Of a stretch of DNA of 64,000 nt, positions 13,714 through 23,816 are shown piece by piece. A model generated the notes under the pieces. It was given only the letters and a program-made list of their open reading frames with translations. It was not told where the DNA came from and ran no database searches. Position numbers and translations under genes: made by a program. Numbering within the stretch: position 1 is the stretch's first letter; each line of letters begins with the position of its first letter. This stretch comes from Roseomonas sp. (GTDB lineage Bacteria > Pseudomonadota > Alphaproteobacteria > Acetobacterales > Acetobacteraceae): contig JADCGA010000008.1 of the NCBI GenBank assembly GCA_020249265.1, forward strand, positions 57,004 to 121,003. The letters run 5' to 3'.

Positions 13714-15546
13714 TCAATTATTGTTAAATGCGCGGGAGGCGAGGGCAACTTGGAACAGCGCCGTGATCAGTTCCTGACCCATGATGAAGAGCTTCGGGTC
13801 AAGATAAGGCAGCGCAATCAATTCATCGCCTGGACCGGGTGATTGGCGCGGATCAAGAATAACCTGCCCGCTTGGCCGACGCAGCATGAGCGTCGAGCGC
13901 GCCCCGCGCGCCGTCAATCCGCCTGCCTGTTCAAGGTATTGTTCAATGGTCGTCCCTTCGCGCCACAAGACGGCGCGTGGCATTCTGACTTCACCTTGGA
14001 CCATCACGGTCTGAGAACGTTCCGGAATGACGATGACATCGCCATCTTCCAGGCGTACCGGCGCGCAGGTGCCATCCTCATTCACCACAACCAGGCGACC
14101 TTCGGGCAGGCTGCGACGCGCGCGGCTGATATAGGAAAGCACGAGATTGGCTTCGGCGGTGCGCGCTGCGGCCACACCTGGGGTCATGGCCGGAGAGAGA
14201 AACAGCTGCCGTTCCAGCCGATCAAGCGAATCATCAATGGCGCGCTTCTGCTGCAGGGCAAGGCGGGGGCGCAGCAGGAAAACAGCCGAGGTATTCGCAA
14301 GCGTTGGGTCCACCGCCACGTGATCCAGAATCTGGCACAGTGAAAAATCCCGATCCGCGACAAGAACCGACGGGTAGAGGCGGCTGCCTTCGATTGTGAT
14401 GCGCACGGTGCGCAAGGCCACATCAGCGACGAAGGTTACCGTATCCTGATCATTCAAGGTCTGACGGGCAAGCTCGGCCAGGGTGACATAGCGCGAAAAG
14501 GGCTGCGCATTCCGCACACCACGCACCACCGCATTGGTTGCTGCCGGCAAAGGCCGGGCGTAATTGATCAAATCCTGACCCCGCATGGGGCCACGTTGCG
14601 CGCTTTCAAACAGGTAATTGTTGCGCACCGCGCCATCCGCGCCGATCAGCGGGCGCTGCCGGCCAACAAGGATGGTATCGCCTTCCTGCAAGCGTATCTG
14701 CGGAATATTGCCGTCAAACAGGAAATGATAAAGATCAAGGCTGGTAACCGTGGTGCCACCGCGCTGCACGCTGATTTCCCGGAAGGAACCGCGCGCGGGG
14801 TCAACACCGCCGGCGCGCAGCAGAAAATCAAGGATACTGTCCGAAGCTGCGCCCGCGTAGCGACCGGGCGCCCTGACAAAACCGGCCACGAAAACGCCGA
14901 TCCTTTGGGTGGACAGGACCGTGGCATAAACCTGGACCTGCTGTGTGTAGACACGGCGGATTTCGCCTTCCACGATGCGCTGCAAATCGCCGACACGCAC
15001 CCCCGCTACACGAATGGGCCCGATATTGGGCAGGAAAAGATTACCCGCAGGATCAATCTGGGCGATTTGTTCAGCATCAACCGCCCCCCAGGCGCGCACG
15101 CTGATCCGATCACCAGGGGCCAGGACATAATTCGGATTTGGTGCATCGGACGAAGATTGCGGCTGCCCGGTGAAAAGGGCCGCACCAAATACCGCCGTTG
15201 GAGCACCGAGAGAACGTTGCAAGTCGCCGAGCGGCGTGACTAGCGTGGGGCCACCCTCGGCCTGGGTAGGGCTGCCTGCACGTTCCGTCGCGCGCGACTG
15301 GCCGGGCAAATCAGCAAGGCTGCGTTGATCGAAGACAGGGGGTGGCTGCATCTGATCGCCACCGGGAGGGAGACCAGGCAGGGCCGGAATCATATTCCTG
15401 GGAAAGCTTGGCATGCCCGGGATGATGTTGGAGCCCGGAGCCTGTGGTTGGGTCTGGGCAAGGGCAGGCAATCCCGTGCCGATCAGGAAAAACCCAAAGA
15501 AAAACAGGAAAACATGTGCCAGGAAACTTATGCGCTTAAGCCGCAT
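13714..15546 (-). CDS. kpsD: Capsule export KpsD-like protein (Poly_export plus SLBB repeats)
   Basis: Signal peptide, NPNYVLAPGDRISVRAWGA, GNLFLPNIGPI, VFVAGFVRAPG, VMVQGEVRMP; context of kpsE/T/M. Confidence 0.8.
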   Translation of the reverse strand: MRLKRISFLAHVFLFFFGFFLIGTGLPALAQTQPQAPGSNIIPGMPSFPRNMIPALPGLPPGGDQMQPPPVFDQRSLADLPGQSRATERAGSPTQAEGGPTLVTPLGDLQRSLGAPTAVFGAALFTGQPQSSSDAPNPNYVLAPGDRISVRAWGAVDAEQIAQIDPAGNLFLPNIGPIRVAGVRVGDLQRIVEGEIRRVYTQQVQVYATVLSTQRIGVFVAGFVRAPGRYAGAASDSILDFLLRAGGVDPARGSFREISVQRGGTTVTSLDLYHFLFDGNIPQIRLQEGDTILVGRQRPLIGADGAVRNNYLFESAQRGPMRGQDLINYARPLPAATNAVVRGVRNAQPFSRYVTLAELARQTLNDQDTVTFVADVALRTVRITIEGSRLYPSVLVADRDFSLCQILDHVAVDPTLANTSAVFLLRPRLALQQKRAIDDSLDRLERQLFLSPAMTPGVAAARTAEANLVLSYISRARRSLPEGRLVVVNEDGTCAPVRLEDGDVIVIPERSQTVMVQGEVRMPRAVLWREGTTIEQYLEQAGGLTARGARSTLMLRRPSGQVILDPRQSPGPGDELIALPYLDPKLFIMGQELITALFQVALASRAFNNN

Positions 15547-16753
15547 GTTCACGCATCCCCACAATCAAAAGCCAACCGATGCCATAGGCGATGACCAATC
15601 CCAGAAAGATGCTCGCTGTATTCGTGAAGCTCCGGGGGTAGAGCGGATAAACAGCCAGATTGGGCTGGACGATACGCGAGAGATAGAGTTGCTGGCGTTG
15701 CGCTTCCATGCGCGCCGTTTCAAGGCTTGCGGTGGCAGAGGCGAGCTGTTTGTCAGCAAATTCCCGTTCCAGCATGAGCCTTTCATAGGCGGCCAATTGA
15801 CGCGCAAGGACCGCCCCGCCGACATTGGCAGTCGAATCAGTGTGACGCGAACGCTCGGCAGAGATTTGGCGTTCCAGCGCTTCAATGCGATTGCGGGTTG
15901 CCTGCAGGGCGGGATTGTCGGGCCGCATGAATTGCTGGCGTTCCGTCAATTCAGCCCTGGCTTGGGCCAGCGCGCCTTCCAATTGACCGCGAAGAACAAG
16001 CGCTGCCTGCACCGCCCCGGCGCTATCGAGCTCTCTTTCCTGTTCGCGAAAACGAACAAGGGCAGCACGGCTTTCCTGAACACGCCGCTCTGCGACTTCA
16101 ATTTCCTGTTGCGCAAGTCGCAAAGTGTCGCCGCGAGCACGCTCCGAGAGCCGGTTGACCAGCGATTCCGCCGCGACCAACAGCGTCTCAGCCAGTTCCT
16201 TGGAATCCTCCGGACGAAAGCTGCGGACCTGCAAGGTTGTGACACCTGTCATGGGGTCAAGAGTGACAGTGACCATATGCTTGAAGAAGCGCGCAATGCG
16301 TTCCGGTTCGGTGAACCAAATTCGCGCCAAAAAATCAGCTTCCGGGCGGCGCCACAATTCGACCAAGTCAAGCTTTTCATTGGCCTGCATGACCGCATCG
16401 AGGGAGGAGAGAAAGTTGCGGATACTATTCGCTTCGCCTGAAGACATGGCCCCGCCCAGGCCGCCAAGCGCGCCCCCTGCGGCAGCACGCAGGGCGGCGG
16501 CTGGCCCGCCACCATCATTTCCCCGCGAATGAACAACAAATCTTGCCTCAGAGACATATTGCGGTGCGGCGATGCCGTAAAAATAAAAGGCCACAAGCAA
16601 ACTTGGCAGGATGACCAGCAAGAAAAAAGGCTTCCGCACCAGGCGCAACAGCCATGGCTGCGGCGGTGGTGCTGGCTCAAGAGCCTCACCGCTACGACTG
16701 GCACTAGGCTCAGAGAGCGTTATAAGTGGCGAGAGCTTCATCGAGATCGTCAT
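15536..16753 (-). CDS. kpsE: Capsule export inner-membrane protein KpsE/BexC-like
   Basis: N-terminal TM plus YVSEARFVV, long coiled coil, QQLYL...P C-terminal TM; start uncertain (16753 or 16741, overlapping the kpsT end). Confidence 0.85.
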   Translation of the reverse strand: MTISMKLSPLITLSEPSASRSGEALEPAPPPQPWLLRLVRKPFFLLVILPSLLVAFYFYGIAAPQYVSEARFVVHSRGNDGGGPAAALRAAAGGALGGLGGAMSSGEANSIRNFLSSLDAVMQANEKLDLVELWRRPEADFLARIWFTEPERIARFFKHMVTVTLDPMTGVTTLQVRSFRPEDSKELAETLLVAAESLVNRLSERARGDTLRLAQQEIEVAERRVQESRAALVRFREQERELDSAGAVQAALVLRGQLEGALAQARAELTERQQFMRPDNPALQATRNRIEALERQISAERSRHTDSTANVGGAVLARQLAAYERLMLEREFADKQLASATASLETARMEAQRQQLYLSRIVQPNLAVYPLYPRSFTNTASIFLGLVIAYGIGWLLIVGMREHAA

Positions 16754-17348
16754 AGAAGGTTAGGATTCCCTGATCAAGCACGGCTGCGCGGGTGCAAAGC
16801 CGCCTTACCAGGGCGGGAGAGTGGGATACCAGAATGAGCCCGGATCTTTCGATTTTCTCGGCGAAGGCACGACCAAAGCGCGTATCGCCAACAGCCAAGG
16901 CCTCATCCACCAGATAGCAATCAAAATCCACGGCGAGCGAAACGGCGAGCGCAAGCCGAGAGCGCATGCCAGAAGAGTAGGTCATCATGGGCATGCGAAA
17001 ATAGTCACCGAGTTCGGAAAAATCGGCAACAAAATCGGTTATCTTTCGAATGTCGCGCCCATAAAGGCGAGCGATCAATCTTGCATTGTCAGCCCCGGAA
17101 AGCTGCCCAGAAAACCCGGCTGCCATGCCAATCGGCCAGGAAATGGTCATTGTCCGATTGATGCGCCCCTTGGTTGGCGCTTCAACCCCGCCCAGCATGC
17201 GCACAAGGGTTGATTTGCCAGAGCCATTTCGCCCCAGGATGCCAACCTTCTCCCCGCGCGCTATCCTACCGGAAGCGCCATGCAAGATGATTTTTTGACC
17301 TGTCCTGGTCGGATAGTGTTTGTGCACATTGATCAGTTCGAGGGCCAT
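16710..17348 (-). CDS. kpsT: Capsule ABC exporter ATPase
   Basis: LINVHKHYPTR, GRNGSGKSTL, TYSSGMRSRLA, YLVDE, VSH. Confidence 0.9.
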   Translation of the reverse strand: MALELINVHKHYPTRTGQKIILHGASGRIARGEKVGILGRNGSGKSTLVRMLGGVEAPTKGRINRTMTISWPIGMAAGFSGQLSGADNARLIARLYGRDIRKITDFVADFSELGDYFRMPMMTYSSGMRSRLALAVSLAVDFDCYLVDEALAVGDTRFGRAFAEKIERSGLILVSHSPALVRRLCTRAAVLDQGILTFYDDLDEALATYNAL

Positions 17349-17356
17349 GGCGACGC

Positions 17357-18148
17357 CTATTCCAACCCCAGGCGCTGACGCGTGATGCGAAGCGCGGCGA
17401 GGCCAAGTAAATGGGTCACCAGGATCCATGCGGCCACGTAGCCAAGATCATAATGCGCTTGAAAGCGCGACCCGAACTGGCCGTCACGCATAAGCTCAAA
17501 AAGATGGACCATCGGAACATATAAGGCCAGTTCCTGCAGCGATTCAGGCAACCACTCAACCAGAAAAAACATCCCGCAAATGGGAAGAGTCAAATACGTA
17601 AATGCATGGACGGCTCTCTCCATCCCTTCCATGGCTTCGGTCGCGGCCGCTGCCATCAGGGCCATACCCTGCGTGAGAAGGGCCATGCCAATAAACGCGA
17701 GAATGATTTTGGTCGGGTCTTCGACCATCTCGCCATTCACAACAAAAAGCGCAAACATAAAAACAAACATCACACCGATGCAGGAGATTGTTTCGATAAG
17801 ATGGCGGGCGAAGAATATATCGGGCAAGGTTACAGTTCTGTGATAAAGCAGGTGCAGGTTGGAACGAATAGCAGCTGTTGCGCGGTTAAGAATGCCACGA
17901 AAGATAAAATACAGGATGTATCCGGCAGCAAAAAATTCAAAAGGACCGAAAATTGCCGAATGATCATTCAGATAATGTACCAGCCCAATGGCACTACCCA
18001 GCAGCAATGGTTCAAAAAACAACCAAATATAACCGTAGTAATGTTGCCCGAAGCGCGAATGCAATTCCCGGATGATCAGCGCCCCGATCACGCGGCGCTG
18101 CATGCGCGCGCCGCGGAGCGTCAGGGCCACTTCCTCCTTGAAGCTCAT
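17357..18148 (-). CDS. kpsM: Capsule ABC exporter permease
   Basis: ALIIRELHSRFG...GYIWLFFEP, six TM segments, PMVHLFELMR. Confidence 0.9.
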   Translation of the reverse strand: MSFKEEVALTLRGARMQRRVIGALIIRELHSRFGQHYYGYIWLFFEPLLLGSAIGLVHYLNDHSAIFGPFEFFAAGYILYFIFRGILNRATAAIRSNLHLLYHRTVTLPDIFFARHLIETISCIGVMFVFMFALFVVNGEMVEDPTKIILAFIGMALLTQGMALMAAAATEAMEGMERAVHAFTYLTLPICGMFFLVEWLPESLQELALYVPMVHLFELMRDGQFGSRFQAHYDLGYVAAWILVTHLLGLAALRITRQRLGLE

Positions 18149-18501
18149 CAACGCGCATCCGTTTGCGCAATCAGGGGACGCGCTTCGATCCACCCGGTAC
18201 CGGCGCGACAAAACAGCCTTAGGCTATCGCCGCCGCGCTGCGTGACGCGCACTTCCCGACATTCACGCCCGCTCGCGGCCGCATAGTGGCGCATAATCCG
18301 TAGGGTAACGGTTTCATTCCGCTCGGCAAGGAATACTTGGGCCTGGGCGTTATTCGGCGGGTCTGCCGCAAAAGCCGCAATCGGGTCCAAAATTGGTCGC
18401 GGCGCAAGTGGAGCCACCTCGCCCGTTCCGCCCAAGCCGGAGGTTCCACCGCACCCCGCCAGCAGCAGAGCAACGAGGGACAGGATACCCGATCCTCTCA
18501 T
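18148..18501 (-). CDS. Small lipoprotein with surface-antigen-like C-terminus (DVU3141-like)
   Basis: Lipobox LLAGC; YAAASGRECREVRV...FCR..GW; TGATG coupling to kpsM. Confidence 0.7.
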   Translation of the reverse strand: MRGSGILSLVALLLAGCGGTSGLGGTGEVAPLAPRPILDPIAAFAADPPNNAQAQVFLAERNETVTLRIMRHYAAASGRECREVRVTQRGGDSLRLFCRAGTGWIEARPLIAQTDAR

Positions 18502-18766
18502 CTGGCGCCCGCGATAGGCCCCACTCAACATCGACTCAATCTCCCCTCTCCCAAGTTATGAGAACGATTATAACGCTCACGTTATGGTTGAATATTAGCA
18601 TGTAATGTCTTAAAGTAAAGTTGAAATGACCCTTGGAAATATAACCGAAGTGTTCGTTCAACGGCCGGGCATGAATGGAGGTTGGTCATGTTTCACTCTT
18701 CTCCCCTGCCCGTCGGCCATGAACTGGGCTTTGCACGCCCATGCGGCATATTCTCATTAGCGGAGC

Positions 18767-19190
18767 CTACCGCGGGCTACTGGTGCGATTCATGATGACG
18801 TTTCCCGATCCAACGATGGCCCCGCGCACCACCAGCCTCATATTCTATGGGCAGATTCACGCTTCTGTCATGAACCGACAGCAGCGATCGGAACACCAGG
18901 CGATTGCCCGACAATGTTTCATTGAGACGTCCCACACTCTCCCATCGCATTCAGCGTCGCGCCATCAACCGGCAGCGGCGTGATATCAGGCCATTGCGGC
19001 CGCGTCGCCTAAGCAAGCACCCATGGGTTTGGAAACGAACCCGCGACTTGCGCCAGAGAGTTCAACCAGTTCAATGGCGACCGCAGCCGATTTCGCCCAG
19101 AATCTTCTCGAGCGTATCTTCCGCCTGCCAGGCACGAAGTGAAGCCGGCGGGGCCGCATAACCGAAGGCAACTCTGCCCTGCCCGCCCAT
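18767..19190 (-). pseudogene. Possible degraded gene remnant
   Basis: Protein-like fragments in successive frames after an ATG at 19190, interrupted by stops and frameshifts; no family recognised. Confidence 0.2.
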
Positions 19191-19261
19191 CTCAACCCTT
19201 GGGCACACATCATGCGGCTATTCGGGCTTGGTCAATCGCCCCCTATCTGTGCGAAGAAGCC

Positions 19262-20218
19262 TCAACGCTGCGACCAGGGCGTCACTTGCCACAGCCGCCG
19301 ATACTCCGCTTCCTGCCGGCGCAACCGTTCAAACCAGGCATCGCCCGCCTCATAGGCCGGTTCGGTGAAGCGCCCTTCCAGGATTTTCACAAATTCCGGA
19401 TCGCGCGCGATATCAACGGTCGCCTCACGCAGGCGCTGCACAATGGCGGGCGGCGTGGCCGCCGGCATGACCAAGCCCCGTTCAGAGGCCATTTGCACCG
19501 GAAAACCCAATTCGATCAGGGTCGGCACATCCTGGCGGAAGCGGCTGCGCGTGGCGCCACCCTGGGACAGGACACGGAGCTTATCAGTATTTGCAGTGAC
19601 CGGGCCAAGGTTCAGCCCCATGCTATCCACCTGCTTGCCAAGCACGGCGGTGCGAAGCTGCGGGTCCCCCTGAAACACCACATGGATAAAGCGCGTCCCG
19701 GTCGCTGCCTGCAACAATACCAATTGCAAATGATCATCCGTGCCCACGCCGGGCGAAGCATAGGTGATGGTATCTGGCCGCGCCCGCGCCGCCGCCAGCA
19801 GGTCCGCGAGCGTCCGGTAGGGGCTATCCTCATGCACTGTAATGGCAGAAGGATCGGTCACCAGATTGCCGATGCCAACAAAATCATCCAGCTTGAACTG
19901 CGCCGTGCGCTCAATCGGGATCGTCAGCAAGCCAGGCATATTGGTGGTGCCGATGGTATGGCCATCAGGGCGGGAACGTGCGACCGCCGCCAAGGCAACC
20001 TCACCACCCGCGCCGGGGCGGTTCACCACCACCACTGATCCGCCGATGCGCTTTTCCAGCGCCGCCGCATAGCCCCGCGCATCAAGATCGGTCGCGCCGC
20101 CGGCCGTGAAGCCGACAATGATTTCAATGGGTCGATCAGGCCAGCGCGGCTGCGCCAGGGCGGGCGCCGCAAGCAGCGCGCCGGCTGAGGTCAAAAGACC
20201 GCGACGTTGGATTTTCAT
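19262..20218 (-). CDS. Bug/TctC tripartite tricarboxylate transporter substrate-binding protein
   Basis: WPDRPIEIIVGFTAGGATD, VVNRPGAGG; Tat-like RRGLL signal. Confidence 0.92.
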   Translation of the reverse strand: MKIQRRGLLTSAGALLAAPALAQPRWPDRPIEIIVGFTAGGATDLDARGYAAALEKRIGGSVVVVNRPGAGGEVALAAVARSRPDGHTIGTTNMPGLLTIPIERTAQFKLDDFVGIGNLVTDPSAITVHEDSPYRTLADLLAAARARPDTITYASPGVGTDDHLQLVLLQAATGTRFIHVVFQGDPQLRTAVLGKQVDSMGLNLGPVTANTDKLRVLSQGGATRSRFRQDVPTLIELGFPVQMASERGLVMPAATPPAIVQRLREATVDIARDPEFVKILEGRFTEPAYEAGDAWFERLRRQEAEYRRLWQVTPWSQR

Positions 20219-20316
20219 GGATACCCTCCCGTTATTGCCCTTCCGGCACAGGGGCGGTGATGCCCCCGCCCGCCCCCGGCTCTCGCGCCAATCATGACCG
20301 AGAGCGCGCCCTGGCG

Positions 20317-21684
20317 CTACCCCATGGGCAGCCAAACATGCACCTTGGTGCCAAGCCCTTCGGTGCTTTCAATCGCAAGCCTTCCGCGATGGCGCATCAC
20401 GATATGGCGCGTAATGGCAAGGCCAAGCCCGGTGCCGCCCTTATGGCGGGAACGCGCCGGGTCCACGCGGTAAAACCTTTCGGTCAGGCGCGGGATATGG
20501 TGCTTCGCAATGCCGGGGCCATCATCGGCAATACTGAGCAAGGCACCGGGGCGCGCGGTGCCATCCTCTGCCACCGCAGACTTCAAGGTGACAGCAATCA
20601 CCCCACCGTCACGCCCATGATTGATCGCATTTTCCAGGACATTGCGGATCACCTGCGCCACCTGATCCGCATTGGCGGGCCGCGCCACCAGCGCTGCATC
20701 CAGGTCCAGTTCCGCCCTTGAATCGCGCCGCTTCATCAGCGGTGACAGCGCCTCCACTTCCGCGCGTATGATCATGGCAAGCGGTGCTTCGCCGACCGGC
20801 GGCTGATGTTCTTCCATCTCAATCCGCGAGAGGCTCAGCAGATCATCAATCAGCCGGCGCATCCGCTCACCCTGTTCGGCCATGATGCCAAGGAAGCGCT
20901 GCTGCGCGGCGGGATCATCGGCGGCAGGGCCGCGCAAGGTTTCAATGAAACCAAGCAGGCTTGCCAAGGGCGTGCGCAATTCATGGCTGGCATTGGCCAC
21001 AAAATCGGCGCGCGTCCGTTCAATCGCCGCTTCCCGGCTGCGATCAATCAACAGGATCAAAAGCCGCCCACCATCGGCAAGCGGCGGATCAAGCGGCACA
21101 ACGCGGGCCGAGACCTCGCGCGGTACGGGCACGGGCAGATGGAGTTCCGCCGTGGAGGCATGGCCCAAGGCCAACGCATCATCCATGGCGGCGGCCAATA
21201 CCGGATGGCGAAGCAGCGCCGCTGCATCCGGCCCCTGCCCAGCCGCTTCCGGCCCAAGCATCGCCCGTGCCGCAGGGTTGGCGCGCAGCACAGCGCGTTC
21301 AGCCGAAAGCAGCAGAACGGGTTCGGGCAGGTTTTCCAGAATGGCGGCATCCGCCCGGCGCAGCCTTTCCAAAAGCGCACCCTGTTCCGCGAGGCCCCGC
21401 GCCAGGCGGCGAATACCATCTGCCAGATCATCCGTGGACGGCAGCGCAGCAACCTCAGCCCTTGCGGGAGCCGCTCTGACTTGCGCCAGCGCCTCACCAA
21501 GGCTGACCGCCAGAAGGGCAAGCCGCGCGCGCCAGCCCCAGGCCAGCGCAAGGCTTCCGAACATCACAGCAGCACAGGCCGCCATGCCCGGCAAAGGCCG
21601 CAATTCGCGCGTCAGCATCAGCAGACAAAGCACCAGCAGCGGCACCGCGCCAATTGCAAAGGCAAGCCGCAGCAGGGGCTTCAT
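20317..21684 (-). CDS. phoR: PhoR-like sensor histidine kinase
   Basis: PAS domain, FVANASHELRTPL H-box, NVLENAINH, DDGPGI, LTERFYRVD, GGTGLGLAI; no cognate regulator adjacent. Confidence 0.75.
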   Translation of the reverse strand: MKPLLRLAFAIGAVPLLVLCLLMLTRELRPLPGMAACAAVMFGSLALAWGWRARLALLAVSLGEALAQVRAAPARAEVAALPSTDDLADGIRRLARGLAEQGALLERLRRADAAILENLPEPVLLLSAERAVLRANPAARAMLGPEAAGQGPDAAALLRHPVLAAAMDDALALGHASTAELHLPVPVPREVSARVVPLDPPLADGGRLLILLIDRSREAAIERTRADFVANASHELRTPLASLLGFIETLRGPAADDPAAQQRFLGIMAEQGERMRRLIDDLLSLSRIEMEEHQPPVGEAPLAMIIRAEVEALSPLMKRRDSRAELDLDAALVARPANADQVAQVIRNVLENAINHGRDGGVIAVTLKSAVAEDGTARPGALLSIADDGPGIAKHHIPRLTERFYRVDPARSRHKGGTGLGLAITRHIVMRHRGRLAIESTEGLGTKVHVWLPMG

Positions 21685-21711
21685 GTGAAGAACCTGCCGC
21701 GCCGCAAGGAT

Positions 21712-22863
21712 CTAGAAACCAACACCGAGCGGCATCGGCGGTTCCACCAGCACGGCATCGCCATTGGGCGAGACGCGAAACAGCGCGAGGCTGCGATCCA
21801 CCGCCCCATTGGCGCGCAATTGCACCGGGCCATCCACGCCATCAAAGCGCGGCATGGCATCAGGCGATGTGCCGGCCGGCGCAACCGCAAGGCCCGCGGC
21901 CATCAGCGCCGCATCATGCGCAACCCCCGCGATGCGCGGGGCGCGCTGGCCAAAAGCCTGCTGGAAGCGCGCATCAAAGGCGCCTCGGGCACGTTCATCC
22001 GGGGCGGGGAAAAGCGCGCCATGCAGGGCGGGTTCATTGGCAAGCCCGGCATCGGCAATCCATAGCGCATGGCCGAGCAGCACGGGCCGCGGATTATCCT
22101 GCGCCCCTGCCCTGACCGCTGCGGCCAATTCCCGCGCCCGGAAGCCGGTGGCGCCGATCACCACCGCATCAATCGGGTTGGTCGCACGTCGAGACATTTC
22201 CTGCACCGGCCCGGCCGCGCCCGCCCTTTCATTGAACAGCGCAATCGCCGGGCTTGGCAGGTTGAAATCCGCCGCCGCCTGTCGCATGGCGCCGGCCAAG
22301 GCGCGTCCGAAGGCATCATCCGGCGCCACCATGCCGAATTGCCGCGCGCCGTTTGACATGGCCGATCCCATCACGCGGCGCATCTGCTGTTCCGGCGTGA
22401 CACCAAGCGTCCAAACCCCCGGCCTTGCCTGGGACGCATCATTGGTAAAGGCCAGCACCGGCAGGCGGGCAGCTTGCGCCACTGGGGCCGCACCCGCGGT
22501 CTCGGCCCCGGTCAGCGGGCCGACCATGCTGACCGCGCCAAGGCTGACGGCCCGCCGCGCGGCATCCCCAGCACCCATGGCCGTACCTGCCGTATCCAGG
22601 GGCACAAATTCCACCCGGCGGTCATTCTGTTCAAACAGCGCCAATTCCGACGCCTGTTGCAAGGCGCGGCCAAGCGCTTCCTGCTGCCCTGACAGCGGCA
22701 ACAATAAAGCGACACGAATCCGCCCCATATCCGCTGGCGCGCCGCTTGGCGGGGGCCCCACCATGATGGGGGCTTGCGGGGCACAGGCCGCAAGCGCGAC
22801 AAGCATCCCAAGCGAAGCAAGGGCGATCAGGCGTGACGACAGCCGATTCAGAAAACGAGGCAC
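21712..22863 (-). CDS. LppC/LpoA-like penicillin-binding protein activator lipoprotein
   Basis: Lipobox LAAC, RVALLLPLSG, periplasmic-binding-protein fold, FDGVDGP; divergent from rsmI. Confidence 0.75.
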   Translation of the reverse strand: MPRFLNRLSSRLIALASLGMLVALAACAPQAPIMVGPPPSGAPADMGRIRVALLLPLSGQQEALGRALQQASELALFEQNDRRVEFVPLDTAGTAMGAGDAARRAVSLGAVSMVGPLTGAETAGAAPVAQAARLPVLAFTNDASQARPGVWTLGVTPEQQMRRVMGSAMSNGARQFGMVAPDDAFGRALAGAMRQAAADFNLPSPAIALFNERAGAAGPVQEMSRRATNPIDAVVIGATGFRARELAAAVRAGAQDNPRPVLLGHALWIADAGLANEPALHGALFPAPDERARGAFDARFQQAFGQRAPRIAGVAHDAALMAAGLAVAPAGTSPDAMPRFDGVDGPVQLRANGAVDRSLALFRVSPNGDAVLVEPPMPLGVGF

Positions 22864-23747
22864 GGTCGGTCCATCCTTCGGCTGCGCCCGCTATCGGGCC
22901 TGGCCTGACATTGGTTGCCACCCCCATAGGCAATATGGGGGATCTTTCGCCCCGCGCCCTGGCCGCCCTGAAGGCCGCCGATGCGGTGCTGTGTGAGGAT
23001 AGCAGAACTACCGGCGCAATGCTCGCCCGCCTTGGCGTGGCAGCGCGCCTGATCCCCCTGCATGACCATAATGAAGCGAACGAGCTGCCCCGCATACTGG
23101 AAATGCTGCGTCGGGGCCAGAAATTGGCGCTGGTATCGGATGCCGGCACGCCTTTGGTGAGTGATCCAGGCTTTCGGCTGGCGCGCGCAGCGATTGCGGC
23201 GGGCCTGGCCATTTCCGCCATCCCCGGCCCCAATGCGGCGGTGATGGCGTTGGTACTTTCCGGCCTGCCGCCCGAGCCCTTCCTGTTTCAAGGCTTCCTG
23301 CCACCGCGCCAGACCGCGCGTGCGGCAGCACTTGGCCGGCTGAAGGCGCTGGAACAGGCCGGGCTTGCGGCCAGCATGATTTTTTACGAGGCACCGCATC
23401 GGCTGGCCGAAAGCCTTGCTGACATGGCCACGGCCTTTGGTGCGGATCGCCCGGCGGCGGTGGCGCGCGAAATGACCAAGCGGTTTGAGGAAGTGCGGCA
23501 CGGCAGCTTGGGCGCGCTTGCCGCGCATTACGCCAGCGCCGAAGCGCGCGGTGAGATTTGCATCGTGGTCGGCCCCGCAGCCGCTGAGGCAGTGGTGGGC
23601 GATGCGGAAGTGACCGCGCAGTTGCGCGCCGCGCTGGCGGGCGGGCTTTCGGTGAAGGATGCGGCGGAAGCGGTTGCCAAGGCCACCGGGCGGAAGCGGC
23701 GCGATGTTTATCGGGAAGCGCTGAGCCTGTTGGTGGAGAAAGGCTGA
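22833..23747 (+). CDS. rsmI: 16S rRNA C1402 2-O-methyltransferase
   Basis: VATPIGNMGDLSPRA, CEDSR, VSDAGTPLVSDPG, IPGPNA, FYEAPHR, REMTKRFEE. Confidence 0.96.
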   Translation: MTTADSENEARSVHPSAAPAIGPGLTLVATPIGNMGDLSPRALAALKAADAVLCEDSRTTGAMLARLGVAARLIPLHDHNEANELPRILEMLRRGQKLALVSDAGTPLVSDPGFRLARAAIAAGLAISAIPGPNAAVMALVLSGLPPEPFLFQGFLPPRQTARAAALGRLKALEQAGLAASMIFYEAPHRLAESLADMATAFGADRPAAVAREMTKRFEEVRHGSLGALAAHYASAEARGEICIVVGPAAAEAVVGDAEVTAQLRAALAGGLSVKDAAEAVAKATGRKRRDVYREALSLLVEKG

Positions 23748-23816
23748 GCGCTGGGCTTGGCAGGGCTGTCTTGCTCGTTCAGGCTGACCTGGATGCCAAG
23801 GCAGGGGGGATGGCCC

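Noticed and set aside
18767-18776. ops/JUMPstart-like CGCGGTAG upstream of the capsule genes
   Set aside because: Imperfect match to GGCGGTAG, no surrounding JUMPstart stem, and RfaH-type control is not expected here
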